Assembly: GCA_040388985.1 (NCBI GenBank)
Contig: JAZKAU010000002.1
Location: 52,570 to 116,569, forward strand
DNA from: Patescibacteria group bacterium
GTDB taxonomy: Bacteria > Patescibacteriota > Minisyncoccia > Phycocordibacterales > Phycocordibacteraceae
Direction: 5' to 3'
DNA length: 64,000 bases
Below the pieces are notes generated by a model. It saw only the letters and a list, made by a program, of their open reading frames with translations. It had not been told where the DNA came from and ran no database searches. Shown here piece after piece: positions 18,817 through 27,573 of the stretch (positions are counted from its first letter, which is position 1; every line of letters starts with the position of its first letter). The position numbers and the translations under genes were made by a program.

Positions 18817-19602
18817 ATGGCTCAACAAATACAAGCTACTTTGACAGGCATATTCGAGAACCTCGGACTCTCATCCAGCGAGATACCTGTTCTCCTCTTC
18901 CTGCTTGAAAGCGCGAACGGTCTGCGCGCCACTGAGATAGCGCGCAAGACCCGTGTGAATCGCACGACGCTCTACGGCATATTGAAGAGCCTGACTTCCC
19001 GGGGCCTCGTATCTTCTTCGGAGGAGAACGGCATCATGCGCTTCCAATCCATACAGCCGCACCAGCTCACCGCCTATATCGAAAGCGCCAAGCAGCGACT
19101 CGAGAGCGATACGAAACGCTTGGATCAAGTCATTCCTGCGCTTGCGCATGCTCGCAAGGCTAAAGACGAGCAATATCCGCAGATACAGTTCTTCAGCGGC
19201 GTCGAAGGTATCAAGCAGGTATACGAAGACACCCTGCGGGATAACCCCTCGAAGGCTATATATGGATTCTTCGACTACGAGGCGACGCTCAAGCTTATGG
19301 ATACAGAGTGGCCTAATTACTATATTAAAAAACGAACCGAAGCAGGTATCGAGTCGCACACTATCGCGACTTATAGCCCGCTGACGCGCACCTTGAAGGA
19401 GTTCGACAAGGATTATTTACGCGTAACGAAGGAGTTCCCCGAAGGATTCTCCTTCGCCATGGAAATCAGCGCTTACGGAGATAAGACGATGCTCATATCG
19501 TTCAACGAAGATCATCCGCTCGCCATAATCATTAAGGATGCGAGGGTAGCGGAGACGATAAAGACTCTCTTCCGGTATATAGACAGCACGCTGCCAGATT
19601 GA
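18817..19602 (+). CDS. TrmB-family HTH transcriptional regulator (paralog 5)
   Basis: MAQQIQATLTGIFENLGLSSSEIPVLLFLLESANGLRATEIARKTRVNRTTLYGILKSLTSRGLV. C-terminus IKTLFRYIDSTLPD is close to paralog 4. Confidence 0.7.
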   Translation: MAQQIQATLTGIFENLGLSSSEIPVLLFLLESANGLRATEIARKTRVNRTTLYGILKSLTSRGLVSSSEENGIMRFQSIQPHQLTAYIESAKQRLESDTKRLDQVIPALAHARKAKDEQYPQIQFFSGVEGIKQVYEDTLRDNPSKAIYGFFDYEATLKLMDTEWPNYYIKKRTEAGIESHTIATYSPLTRTLKEFDKDYLRVTKEFPEGFSFAMEISAYGDKTMLISFNEDHPLAIIIKDARVAETIKTLFRYIDSTLPD

Positions 19603-19637
19603 GTCGCGGTCACTACGCGCTAAACCTTGTACGCGTC

Positions 19638-20423
19638 TTATTGTGCGCCTACCCACGACAACTCGAACATCATTCGCATCATGTTATGTATTGTTGGGTC
19701 CTCGATGATCACGCCGCTCGGCGTGTTGTTCTCGATATTCACGATAGACACCTTGTTCGTCCCGTAGACCGTAATCTCGCTCTTGTACGGGAATTGTTTT
19801 GCCGGGATATGTCTCATATTCGGCCAGAACTTCTTCGGGAGATGCGCGTATTGTGCCTTGATGAAACCCTTATCTTTTGCCGTATCAGGAACGATGCCGC
19901 GTGTCGTTATGCCGATTCGCCCTTTCTCTTTCTTATAGAACTTAAAGAAGTCTTCGGGGAAGAATTGGTCCAGGTAGCCTGCGTTCGCCCACGCGACCAT
20001 CTCGTACGGCTTTTCGACCCGGACATGGTCTTCATAGATGGAAAGTACTCCCTCCTTCCCTTCGAAGTACGTGATCTTCGGCTTATTGGGAACAAGGGTA
20101 TACATGCCTTCAAGGTCAGGCAGGAGTTCTTCGGCGGCCGCGAGCATTTCCTTGCCGCGCTCGACATTCATCTTCGCGAAGCGCAGCAGCTTCCGGGGCC
20201 GCTCTATCTGGTAATACAACTTCTTCCCTTTCTTGATCTCGGTCACGAGCCCTTTTACCGATAGGTCGAGAAGAATCTTGTATACCGTGCTTCGGTTAAT
20301 GCGTGCGTCTTTTGCAAGCGCAGAAGGATAGGCACCTCCCCGTTCCAGAAGCGTTACATAGACGACGGCAGCTTTATCCGACAGCCCTGCCTTCTTTACC
20401 TTCTCTACCAAGCGATCATCCAT
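19638..20423 (-). CDS. TrmB-family HTH transcriptional regulator (paralog 6)
   Basis: AGLSDKAAVVYVTLLERGGAYPSALAKDARINRSTVYKILLDLSVKGLV. C-terminus ...MRMMFELSWVGAQ. Confidence 0.7.
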   Translation of the reverse strand: MDDRLVEKVKKAGLSDKAAVVYVTLLERGGAYPSALAKDARINRSTVYKILLDLSVKGLVTEIKKGKKLYYQIERPRKLLRFAKMNVERGKEMLAAAEELLPDLEGMYTLVPNKPKITYFEGKEGVLSIYEDHVRVEKPYEMVAWANAGYLDQFFPEDFFKFYKKEKGRIGITTRGIVPDTAKDKGFIKAQYAHLPKKFWPNMRHIPAKQFPYKSEITVYGTNKVSIVNIENNTPSGVIIEDPTIHNMMRMMFELSWVGAQ

Positions 20424-20605
20424 GGCCGCATACTATGGCTCAAATCAAAATGTGTCAATTCGTAGGAACAGATTTGCGTAAAATGGACTGAAATCCTGTA
20501 TCTGCTTGTATGTATAGAATTATTTTGTTATTTCAAAATACCAAATTTGACATTGATGATACAAATGTGGCGTTACCGTCTACTCACCTAATTGTCCGCG
20601 CTGCT

Positions 20606-21700
20606 ATGCAAAACACTATAAAAATCGTCGCGGTCCTCGTCGTTCTCGCGCTTATCGCCTTCGGGATTTCGCTGATCTCGCGGCCGAAGAGCGACACGAC
20701 CGTGGTCCTTGGCGCCACCCTACCCCTCACCGGAGACCTAGCCTTTCTGGGCGAGGGATATAGAAACGGAATGAACTTGGCGCTTTCGGAGCTCGGAGAT
20801 ACGAAATTCAAGTATAAGATCGTATTCGAAGACGATAAGTTCGATCCTGCGACCGGTGCTACGACGGCAAATAAGCTCATCTCTGTCGACCATGCTGACG
20901 GACTATTCTCGTTCGGCTCTCCGGTCGGCAACGTCGTCAGTCCGTTAGCCCAGAAGAACAACATTGTACATATAAACGGTATAGCCTCTGATCAGAACGT
21001 TGCCAAAGGAGACTACAACTTCGTCCACTGGACTCCGCCCTACGAGGAGTCGAAGCTCCTCATCTCGGAGCTGCAGAAACGAGGCATCAGTCGCGTTGCC
21101 ATATTCGTGACGAATCAGCCAGGCGCACTCGCAGTGGCAGACCAGGTAAGCACTGACCTGAAAACGAGCGGCATCCAGTTAGTAGGATACGAGACCATCA
21201 ATCCTGGAGAGACTGATATGCGGTCGCACGTAGCTAAGGTTGCTGGTTCGAAGCCGGACATGTACATACTCTTGTCCATGTCCCCTGAGCTCGAGATACT
21301 TACGAAACAGATCAAGGAGCAGGGCATAACGACGCCGCTTACCTCTATCGAGTCCTTCGAGTGGACCACGCAGCCGCAGATGTTTGAGGGCATGTGGTAT
21401 ATAAATGCTGCCGATCCGTCTCCTGCATTCGTGGAGAAATATAAAACTGCATACGGACAGAGCCCGACCGTGGGAGCCGCCAACGGCTATGATGCCGTGA
21501 TGCTCTTCGTTCACGCAGTCGAAACGTCAGCACAAGGGACGGGTAAGCCCAGCGAGGAAGACATAAAGAATGCTCTTCTGAATGTTCGGGACTATAGCGG
21601 CGCGGTCGGTGAACATCTCTCAGTCGACCGGGACGGGCTAATTGTATCTAAGGCAGTAGTGCGAATCATCAAGGACGGCAAGCCCGTTACGGTGAAGTAA
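20606..21700 (+). CDS. ABC transporter substrate-binding protein, LivK type (SBP 5)
   Basis: MQNTIKIVAVLVVLALIAFG signal/TM. LGATLPLTGDLAFLG motif. Start set to ATG 20606 (ORF track starts at 20510). Confidence 0.75.
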   Translation: MQNTIKIVAVLVVLALIAFGISLISRPKSDTTVVLGATLPLTGDLAFLGEGYRNGMNLALSELGDTKFKYKIVFEDDKFDPATGATTANKLISVDHADGLFSFGSPVGNVVSPLAQKNNIVHINGIASDQNVAKGDYNFVHWTPPYEESKLLISELQKRGISRVAIFVTNQPGALAVADQVSTDLKTSGIQLVGYETINPGETDMRSHVAKVAGSKPDMYILLSMSPELEILTKQIKEQGITTPLTSIESFEWTTQPQMFEGMWYINAADPSPAFVEKYKTAYGQSPTVGAANGYDAVMLFVHAVETSAQGTGKPSEEDIKNALLNVRDYSGAVGEHLSVDRDGLIVSKAVVRIIKDGKPVTVK

Positions 21701-21771
21701 GTTCAGGGGAGAAGGCCTGACAAAAGCGAAACGCCCGCGAAGCGGGCGTTTCGCTTTTGTCAGGAGATGAC

Positions 21772-22923
21772 TTACTTCACGTACGGCACCATCTTGCCGC
21801 CCGTGACCGTCTCAGGACTATGTCCAGAGACAGGATCACCATTGGCGCCGATGGTAACCGCGCCGGAAGCTCCCTGCCAGTCTTTTACGCTAGTGTGCAG
21901 CCACTTCGCGATCTTCGTGCCATCATAACCTACGGCCGCAATGGCGTCGCGAACGAGATAGACGGAATCATACTCGGTCTGCGCATAGCTGAGATAGGGC
22001 GCGTCGGCTCCGTACTTCGTCTTGTACGCGGAAACCATCGCGGTGAATTTTGGATTGTCCTTCTGCGTACCGAACTCGGCTCCGAGCGCACCCTCAAGCT
22101 GCTTGGCATTCGCTGTTATCGTTGCCGGGTCGCCGATCGTAACATCGGTGAGCAGAAGAGGAAGCTTCCAATCAAGCTGCGCCATCTGCGGAAGAACGCG
22201 AGACGCGCTCGCAGGAGTCTGCGTATCTAGGAATACTGCATCCGGCTTCTCTCCCTGCACCTTCGTGATTATCGAGCGGAAGTCGGTAGTCGCAGTCGGG
22301 AACGACTCATTCGTCACGGTTCCGCCGAGCTTCGTGAAGGTCTCGGAGAACGCGTTATATATACCGACCGCATAATCGGTCTGTTCCTGGATGAACGCTA
22401 CCTTCCTCCACCCCTTATCCGTATACGCGATGTTCGCGAGGACTGCTCCTTGTGTCGCGTCGGACGGATAGTTACGGACGAAGTAGTCGCTGATCGCGGT
22501 GAGCTTCGGGCTCGACGAACCGGACGAGATGACCGCGACCTTTGCTCGCTCCGCTACCGGCACTGCTGAGAGCGATTCGCTCGAGCAGAATCCGCCGATG
22601 ATCACCTGGACCTTGTCGATGTTCACGAGCTTCGAAGCCGCGTTCGCTGCCGACGTCCCGTCGCACTTGCCGTCTTCGACGACGAGTTCCATCTGCTTGC
22701 CGTCGATACCGCCTGTGGCATTGATCTCATCGGTCGCGAGCTGCATAAAATTCTTCGCAGGCTCGCCATATGACGCTGCATCTCCCGTGAGCGGGAGGAT
22801 GATGCCGACCTTGTACGTGTCACCGACGGCGACAGGTTCGTGATGCCGGGTGATAAGGAACCAGCCCCCGACTACCACGATTACTGCGATAAGAACCCAG
22901 ACCCATTTCGGAAATCCTTCCAT
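21772..22923 (-). CDS. ABC transporter substrate-binding protein, LivK type (SBP 6)
   Basis: N-terminal TM. VGIILPLTGDAASYG motif. 383 aa. Confidence 0.8.
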   Translation of the reverse strand: MEGFPKWVWVLIAVIVVVGGWFLITRHHEPVAVGDTYKVGIILPLTGDAASYGEPAKNFMQLATDEINATGGIDGKQMELVVEDGKCDGTSAANAASKLVNIDKVQVIIGGFCSSESLSAVPVAERAKVAVISSGSSSPKLTAISDYFVRNYPSDATQGAVLANIAYTDKGWRKVAFIQEQTDYAVGIYNAFSETFTKLGGTVTNESFPTATTDFRSIITKVQGEKPDAVFLDTQTPASASRVLPQMAQLDWKLPLLLTDVTIGDPATITANAKQLEGALGAEFGTQKDNPKFTAMVSAYKTKYGADAPYLSYAQTEYDSVYLVRDAIAAVGYDGTKIAKWLHTSVKDWQGASGAVTIGANGDPVSGHSPETVTGGKMVPYVK

Positions 22924-23071
22924 AGAGAGTTATATAAGGTGTTAATTGCCAATTCTGAAGAAAGTATGAACTGCGGCGAAAGCCTGTCAACACGCTCATG
23001 TGGGGTACTATTCTGAACCCGTCCAGAAATCCTGTATCTGCCTCGATTCGTCGGGAAAAGCTGATTTAGTG

Positions 23072-23857
23072 TCACGAGCCTGACACGGCCTTCTCACTAC
23101 GCTTCGCTTCTTTCCAGGCTAGCTCGAAAACTTTCTTCATAGCATGAGCAATCTCGGCGCTTTCTATAATGATGCCGAGCTTATCGCGCCATGAGGCGAT
23201 CATTATCTTATTGTCATAGATCTCGATGTCAGGAGTTATGTCGAATTCCTCTTTAGGTATGATGGCTATGTCACGCTTCTCATCCTTGTTATGTGAGGCG
23301 CGCTCAAGCGACGCAGTAGTCTCTGGGACGATGCCGCGAATGCTGATCCCTTTCTCTGCTCGACGTTCATAGTATCTAGGGAAATAGTTTCCGAGCGTCG
23401 CGTGCATATCTTCGTATGCGGCATACGCCACGATCGGTTCAGTTGCGGTCAATGTATCTTCGTACACTTCCTTAAGCCCCTCAATACCTTCGTAGAATCG
23501 TACTTGCGGCCGGTCCTGGACCGTATGCATCGCCCTTAGCTGCGGCAAGAACGCTTTGGCGGTACGCAACTGTTGTTCCGTCTCGGATAATCTGCTATCG
23601 AGAAGCGCGATAAGCTTATCCGGAGACTCGGCGGCATATTCTTCCTTCGGTTCTTTCCCCGACAATCGTACCAGATCCTTCTGAGCCAAGGCAGCGAGTA
23701 TGTCGTAGCCGGTAGTCCTGTTTATGCCGGCCTTACGTGATATCTGGGTTACAGTCCCGCGACCGAGCTTCAATATCGCCAGATATACGCCAACCTCTCT
23801 CTTAGAAAGTCCTAACGAGATAAGCGTCTTTACGATATTCTGTTGTCCCTTTTCCAT
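23072..23857 (-). CDS. TrmB-family HTH transcriptional regulator (paralog 7)
   Basis: LGLSKREVGVYLAILKLGRGTVTQISRKAGINRTTGYDILAALAQKDLV. C-terminus MKKVFELAWKEA. Divergent from radical SAM gene. Confidence 0.7.
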   Translation of the reverse strand: MEKGQQNIVKTLISLGLSKREVGVYLAILKLGRGTVTQISRKAGINRTTGYDILAALAQKDLVRLSGKEPKEEYAAESPDKLIALLDSRLSETEQQLRTAKAFLPQLRAMHTVQDRPQVRFYEGIEGLKEVYEDTLTATEPIVAYAAYEDMHATLGNYFPRYYERRAEKGISIRGIVPETTASLERASHNKDEKRDIAIIPKEEFDITPDIEIYDNKIMIASWRDKLGIIIESAEIAHAMKKVFELAWKEAKRSEKAVSGS

Positions 23858-24033
23858 ACGATAACCATACACTACGCTCTATATTTGTGTCAATATTACT
23901 CCACAATATACATTATATCCTTTATATAAAGGATATTCGAGTGTTCTTTTATTGACATAATTGACAGTAAGGAATAATATTGTATCGGGTGCAACTTGAC
24001 ACCAACCGATAATACAAACCAAGGAGGTCAATC

Positions 24034-25284
24034 ATGAACGTATTCCCTAACGTGGCAGCAACCCTGCCGCCTAAAGGTCAGATTCCGCACAGGTATCGCC
24101 TGATGGTCAACAAATGGAGCTTTCCGGAGGACCGGATCGGCGAAACCGTTACGGCCCACGGCGAGACCATCAAGAAGATGCTCACCCTCGATATCAACAT
24201 TCCCGAGACCGGCTTCGCAGTCCTCGTCAACGCGCAGGCACCAGGATCGGACGCAGCCAAGCGCACGTTCGTGAAAAGCTATCCTTGTCCGCACGCATGC
24301 CCTGGCTGCTTCAATAACGCCGACCTGTTCAACCCGATCATGTCGCTCGAGGAGGTCTTCTCCGTCATCGACCAGGCCTGCGAACTGGGCCTGGAATCCA
24401 TGAAGTTCCTCGGTCCGGGGGAGCTGCTCGCCAATCCTCGAATGTTCTACATCCTCGACGAGCTGGCGAGGCGCAATATCGTCGCCGGCATCTTCACGAA
24501 GGCGGCAATGATGGGTAATGATATGTTGTCGCAGCACTATCACGGCATCGGCTCGGAAGAGCTGACGCGCCGGCTCGCGACATATCCCAACATTACCTTC
24601 CTGGTGGGCGGCCGATCCTTCGACCCGGCACTCGAGAATCGGTTCATTCCCCAGAACCGGCGCGAGTTCAGTGAGCGCTTCGACTACCACGCGGCACGCG
24701 GTCTCGCGATCGAGCGTCTCTGCGCGCACGGCATGAATGCCGATCTCATGCACCAACGGCTCGAGATCGCCTGCGCGCCGGTCACGAGCGAGAACATCGG
24801 CGGGTGCCTCGAGCTCTATCAATGGGGTACCGAACGCAATATCCCCGTGGTAATGCCGCCCACGATGGTAAGCGGCAAAGGCCATCGGCTGGAGAAGGCC
24901 GCTGCCGAGGTGCAGTTCGAAGACGACTATATCGAGCTTGCCGTAGCGGTCTACACCTGGGCTATCCAGCGCGGCGTCATGACCGTGGAGCAGTTGCTGC
25001 ATGAGGGCGCAGCACCCTACATCGGCATCGCTCCCTGCAACCAACTGACCCATGGCCTGTACATCCACTACGACGGTCAGGTGTGGCGGTGCCCCGGGAA
25101 CGACACTCCCGACTTCGTCGTGCACCACAATGTGCGCGAAGCTCCGTTGCGACAGATCTGGGTGAACAGCAGGAACTATGGCATTCAGGCCTTCAACAAC
25201 GGATGCGTCAAGGACGGCATATCGCTGCCAATGCGATTCTACAGCGAAGTGCCGGAGCGCGTGGTCGCGATGCTGAAGATCTGA
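24034..25284 (+). CDS. radical SAM protein (CxxxCxxC) with ~85-aa N-terminal extension and C-terminal Cys-containing (SPASM/twitch-like) region, function unknown
   Basis: SYPCPHACPGCFN is a C-x3-C-x2-C radical SAM cluster motif, followed by a Gly-rich FLGPGELL SAM-binding stretch. C-terminal CNQLTHGLYIHYDGQVWRCPGND...NNGCVKDG. Perfect SD AAGGAGG 6 nt upstream of the ATG. AT-rich promoter region 23873-24033. Confidence 0.7.
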   Translation: MNVFPNVAATLPPKGQIPHRYRLMVNKWSFPEDRIGETVTAHGETIKKMLTLDINIPETGFAVLVNAQAPGSDAAKRTFVKSYPCPHACPGCFNNADLFNPIMSLEEVFSVIDQACELGLESMKFLGPGELLANPRMFYILDELARRNIVAGIFTKAAMMGNDMLSQHYHGIGSEELTRRLATYPNITFLVGGRSFDPALENRFIPQNRREFSERFDYHAARGLAIERLCAHGMNADLMHQRLEIACAPVTSENIGGCLELYQWGTERNIPVVMPPTMVSGKGHRLEKAAAEVQFEDDYIELAVAVYTWAIQRGVMTVEQLLHEGAAPYIGIAPCNQLTHGLYIHYDGQVWRCPGNDTPDFVVHHNVREAPLRQIWVNSRNYGIQAFNNGCVKDGISLPMRFYSEVPERVVAMLKI

Positions 25285-25360
25285 GGCAGTGATTCGGTTC
25301 GAGTAATGACCTTTTTATGCGCCTGTCGGGAAACCGACGGGCGCATTTCATTTCCAGAAC

Positions 25361-26113
25361 CTACCGGCTCGGAAGCGAGTCCCAGATGACCTTGAAGAGG
25401 TTCTGTTGCATGCGCACGAGGGCTTCGGTCTCTATGACGATGGTCGTGACGGGATTGGTGAGCGGATGGATGACTATCTTACGGGGCGCGATAGCCATGT
25501 TTGCGTCGATAGTCGTTCCTTCCGGCAGTATGCGCACTTCTTCGCGATAGTTCTTCTCTGTCTTCTTATATGAGCGCGCGGTCTCTGAAGACACAAGGAT
25601 GACCTTGGTATGCACGTCTATGCGCAGCCGCCGCTCTATGAACGTCTTGAAATATTCCTTGTCGAAGTGATTCCACCGGTCCGGGTCGCCGATGACATAG
25701 TAGTCGTCACCACTGCGGAGATCCTGAAGCAGCTCATCATACGCACTTTTCATAGCTTCAACTCCCGAGTGATACCGGATGATGGAGTCGTTACCGCGCA
25801 GCGTATACAAGGCTTCGAGCTCCGGGAAGAACGACTGCAGCGCGTTCTTCTGCTCATCGAGCATGCGTTCGAGGCGTGCAGGGTTCTCCGCTACCGGAAA
25901 TTCCTTGAATCCTCTCTGCTCGACGGATACCAGTCCCTTTGCCTTCAGAGTCTCGATGACGTGGTAGATAGTCGTCCTCTTCACACCCGACTGGAGCGCA
26001 ATCTTTAGGATAGTGGTGGGGCCAAGCTCCAGCATGGCCAGATATACGGCTGCTTCGTGGTCTCCGAGCCCCGCGTGAGCCAGCATTCTCTGGAGTGATT
26101 CTCTGTTTTGCAT
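25361..26113 (-). CDS. TrmB-family HTH transcriptional regulator (paralog 8)
   Basis: AGLGDHEAAVYLAMLELGPTTILKIALQSGVKRTTIYHVIETLKAKGLV. C-terminus ...QQNLFKVIWDSLPSR. Confidence 0.7.
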   Translation of the reverse strand: MQNRESLQRMLAHAGLGDHEAAVYLAMLELGPTTILKIALQSGVKRTTIYHVIETLKAKGLVSVEQRGFKEFPVAENPARLERMLDEQKNALQSFFPELEALYTLRGNDSIIRYHSGVEAMKSAYDELLQDLRSGDDYYVIGDPDRWNHFDKEYFKTFIERRLRIDVHTKVILVSSETARSYKKTEKNYREEVRILPEGTTIDANMAIAPRKIVIHPLTNPVTTIVIETEALVRMQQNLFKVIWDSLPSR

Positions 26114-26267
26114 GATATGTCGAAAGCTCGGACAAATTTATTTCCTTATTTATAGCATTGTTTTTGTCGTATTTATATAATCTGTCGACAATTTTGGCGA
26201 AATAGATATACGCCCCCACCATTAGCGCTACGTACTACCCTGGTGCGCCTAATACCAACGAGAATAT

Positions 26268-26954
26268 ATGAAAAAAGAACTGACGCTCGCGATAGGCGAT
26301 TCGTGGCATCCGCGTGCCCTTCCCTATCTCGCGATGATCCTGATGGCCATGATGCTCATTACGAACGTCCTCAACCTGAAGTTCATCAACTTCTTCGGGC
26401 TCTCGATTATCGGATCAGAGATCATCTACGTCTTCTCTCTCATCCTTTCGGACATCATGACGGAGGTCTATGGATACCGTCGCGTGCGGCGGCTATTGTG
26501 GGCAGGCCTTTCGTGCCTCGTCCTGTACGCGGTCTTCGTACAGGCAGTCGTCCTGCTCGCTCCTGCGCATGGCTATACAAGCAATGCCGCCTTCGTGACC
26601 GTATTCGCGCAGGCGCCACGCATCGTCGTTGCGAGCATCGCCGCATACTTCGTTACCGAGCTTGCGAACTCGCTCGTCATGTCGCGCATGAAGGTCCGCT
26701 TCCGTTCGAAGTACTTTTACGCTCGCGCACTCGGCTCGACGATGGTCGCACAAGCGGCCAACGGCGTGGTGTTCTTCGGCATCGCGTTCACGGGAGTCAT
26801 GCCGCTCAACCTCATCGTTTCCGCCTGCGTCTTCAGCTGGGTCGCCGTCATTGTCTGCGAGACGCTCATCCTTCCGATCACTAAGAGGCTCGCCTATCTG
26901 CTCAAGCACTATGAGGGGGTCGAGCATTACGACCAGGCTCCGCAATCGAACTAA
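26268..26954 (+). CDS. YhhQ/DUF165 (VUT) family membrane transporter, queuosine-precursor transporter-like
   Basis: 6-TM protein. ...YVFSLILSDIMTEVYGYRRVRRLLWAG and VVFFGIAFTG segments match conserved cores of YhhQ-family proteins (F-x-F...D...EVYG; FF.IAF). Confidence 0.55.
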   Translation: MKKELTLAIGDSWHPRALPYLAMILMAMMLITNVLNLKFINFFGLSIIGSEIIYVFSLILSDIMTEVYGYRRVRRLLWAGLSCLVLYAVFVQAVVLLAPAHGYTSNAAFVTVFAQAPRIVVASIAAYFVTELANSLVMSRMKVRFRSKYFYARALGSTMVAQAANGVVFFGIAFTGVMPLNLIVSACVFSWVAVIVCETLILPITKRLAYLLKHYEGVEHYDQAPQSN

Positions 26955-27407
26955 ATTTAGTATCGGTGCCCGAAATATATCAGCATTCGAATCAGTTGAT
27001 AAAAGAGTTACATAATTGGCTAGCGTTCGGGAAAAGTTTAAAAGGAGAGAGTCTGCCGCAAGAGCAGTATGGGAAAAAGGCGGCCGTACACATGGTACGA
27101 CCGCCCGATTTCAGAATGTTCATTAGAGAAGCTTCTTGTTTCAGCTTGCTGAAGCTGAGTTAGGTCTGAGAAGACCAAAACTTCCTGGCCGATTGTCGAA
27201 AGGAGGGATAAGACGGCTTATTTCTTACCAGTCCTAGTACTCTTCGAGAGGGCTACAGCAACCCAACTCTCTCAGGTGAACAGCGCGCTCACCCTTTGAA
27301 TCACTGTATATAAAGGTATCATAGTATGTAAATTTGTCAAGCTCTTCCAACTGTGGTTCCACCATCCAATTGAGTCGCAGTATTGACTTGTCTAACTTGG
27401 TGCCCCC

Positions 27408-27482
27408 ACCTGGAATCGAACCAAGATCAAGAGCTTAGAAGTCTCCTGCTCTATCCATTGAGCTATAGGGGCGAAGCGAGGT
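27408..27482 (-). tRNA. tRNA-Arg (TCT)
   Basis: Acceptor GCCCCTA/TGGGGGC, D-arm GCTC-AATGGATA-GAGC, anticodon loop CTTCTAA (TCT), T-arm CTTGG-TTCGATT-CCAGG, encoded CCA. One mismatch in the anticodon stem. Confidence 0.75.
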
Positions 27483-27573
27483 CGAACGAGCCCCCACATG
27501 CCTATATATGGGAGCAGTATTAGCCTAGCCGCCTTGAGGCGACGGGTCAATGAATCTTTGAGGAACCTAGGGA

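Noticed and set aside
24028-25128. 366-aa ORF antisense to the radical SAM gene
   Set aside because: The sense frame has the CxxxCxxC motif, a perfect SD and coherent domain structure. The antisense frame has no motifs and is a GC-rich shadow ORF.
24034-25284. Radical SAM ORF as QueE (7-carboxy-7-deazaguanine synthase) because of the nearby YhhQ-type transporter
   Set aside because: It is 416 aa with an ~85-aa N-terminal domain before the cluster motif and extra C-terminal cysteines. QueE is ~210-250 aa with the motif near the N-terminus. Function left open.
26955-27407. RNase P RNA, SRP RNA or tmRNA in the ORF-free region
   Set aside because: Could not find the conserved RNase P P4 and GGTGNAA/ACAGAA blocks on one strand, the SRP domain IV AGGAAGCAGC motif, or a tmRNA tRNA-like terminus. 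Left as an unassigned candidate.
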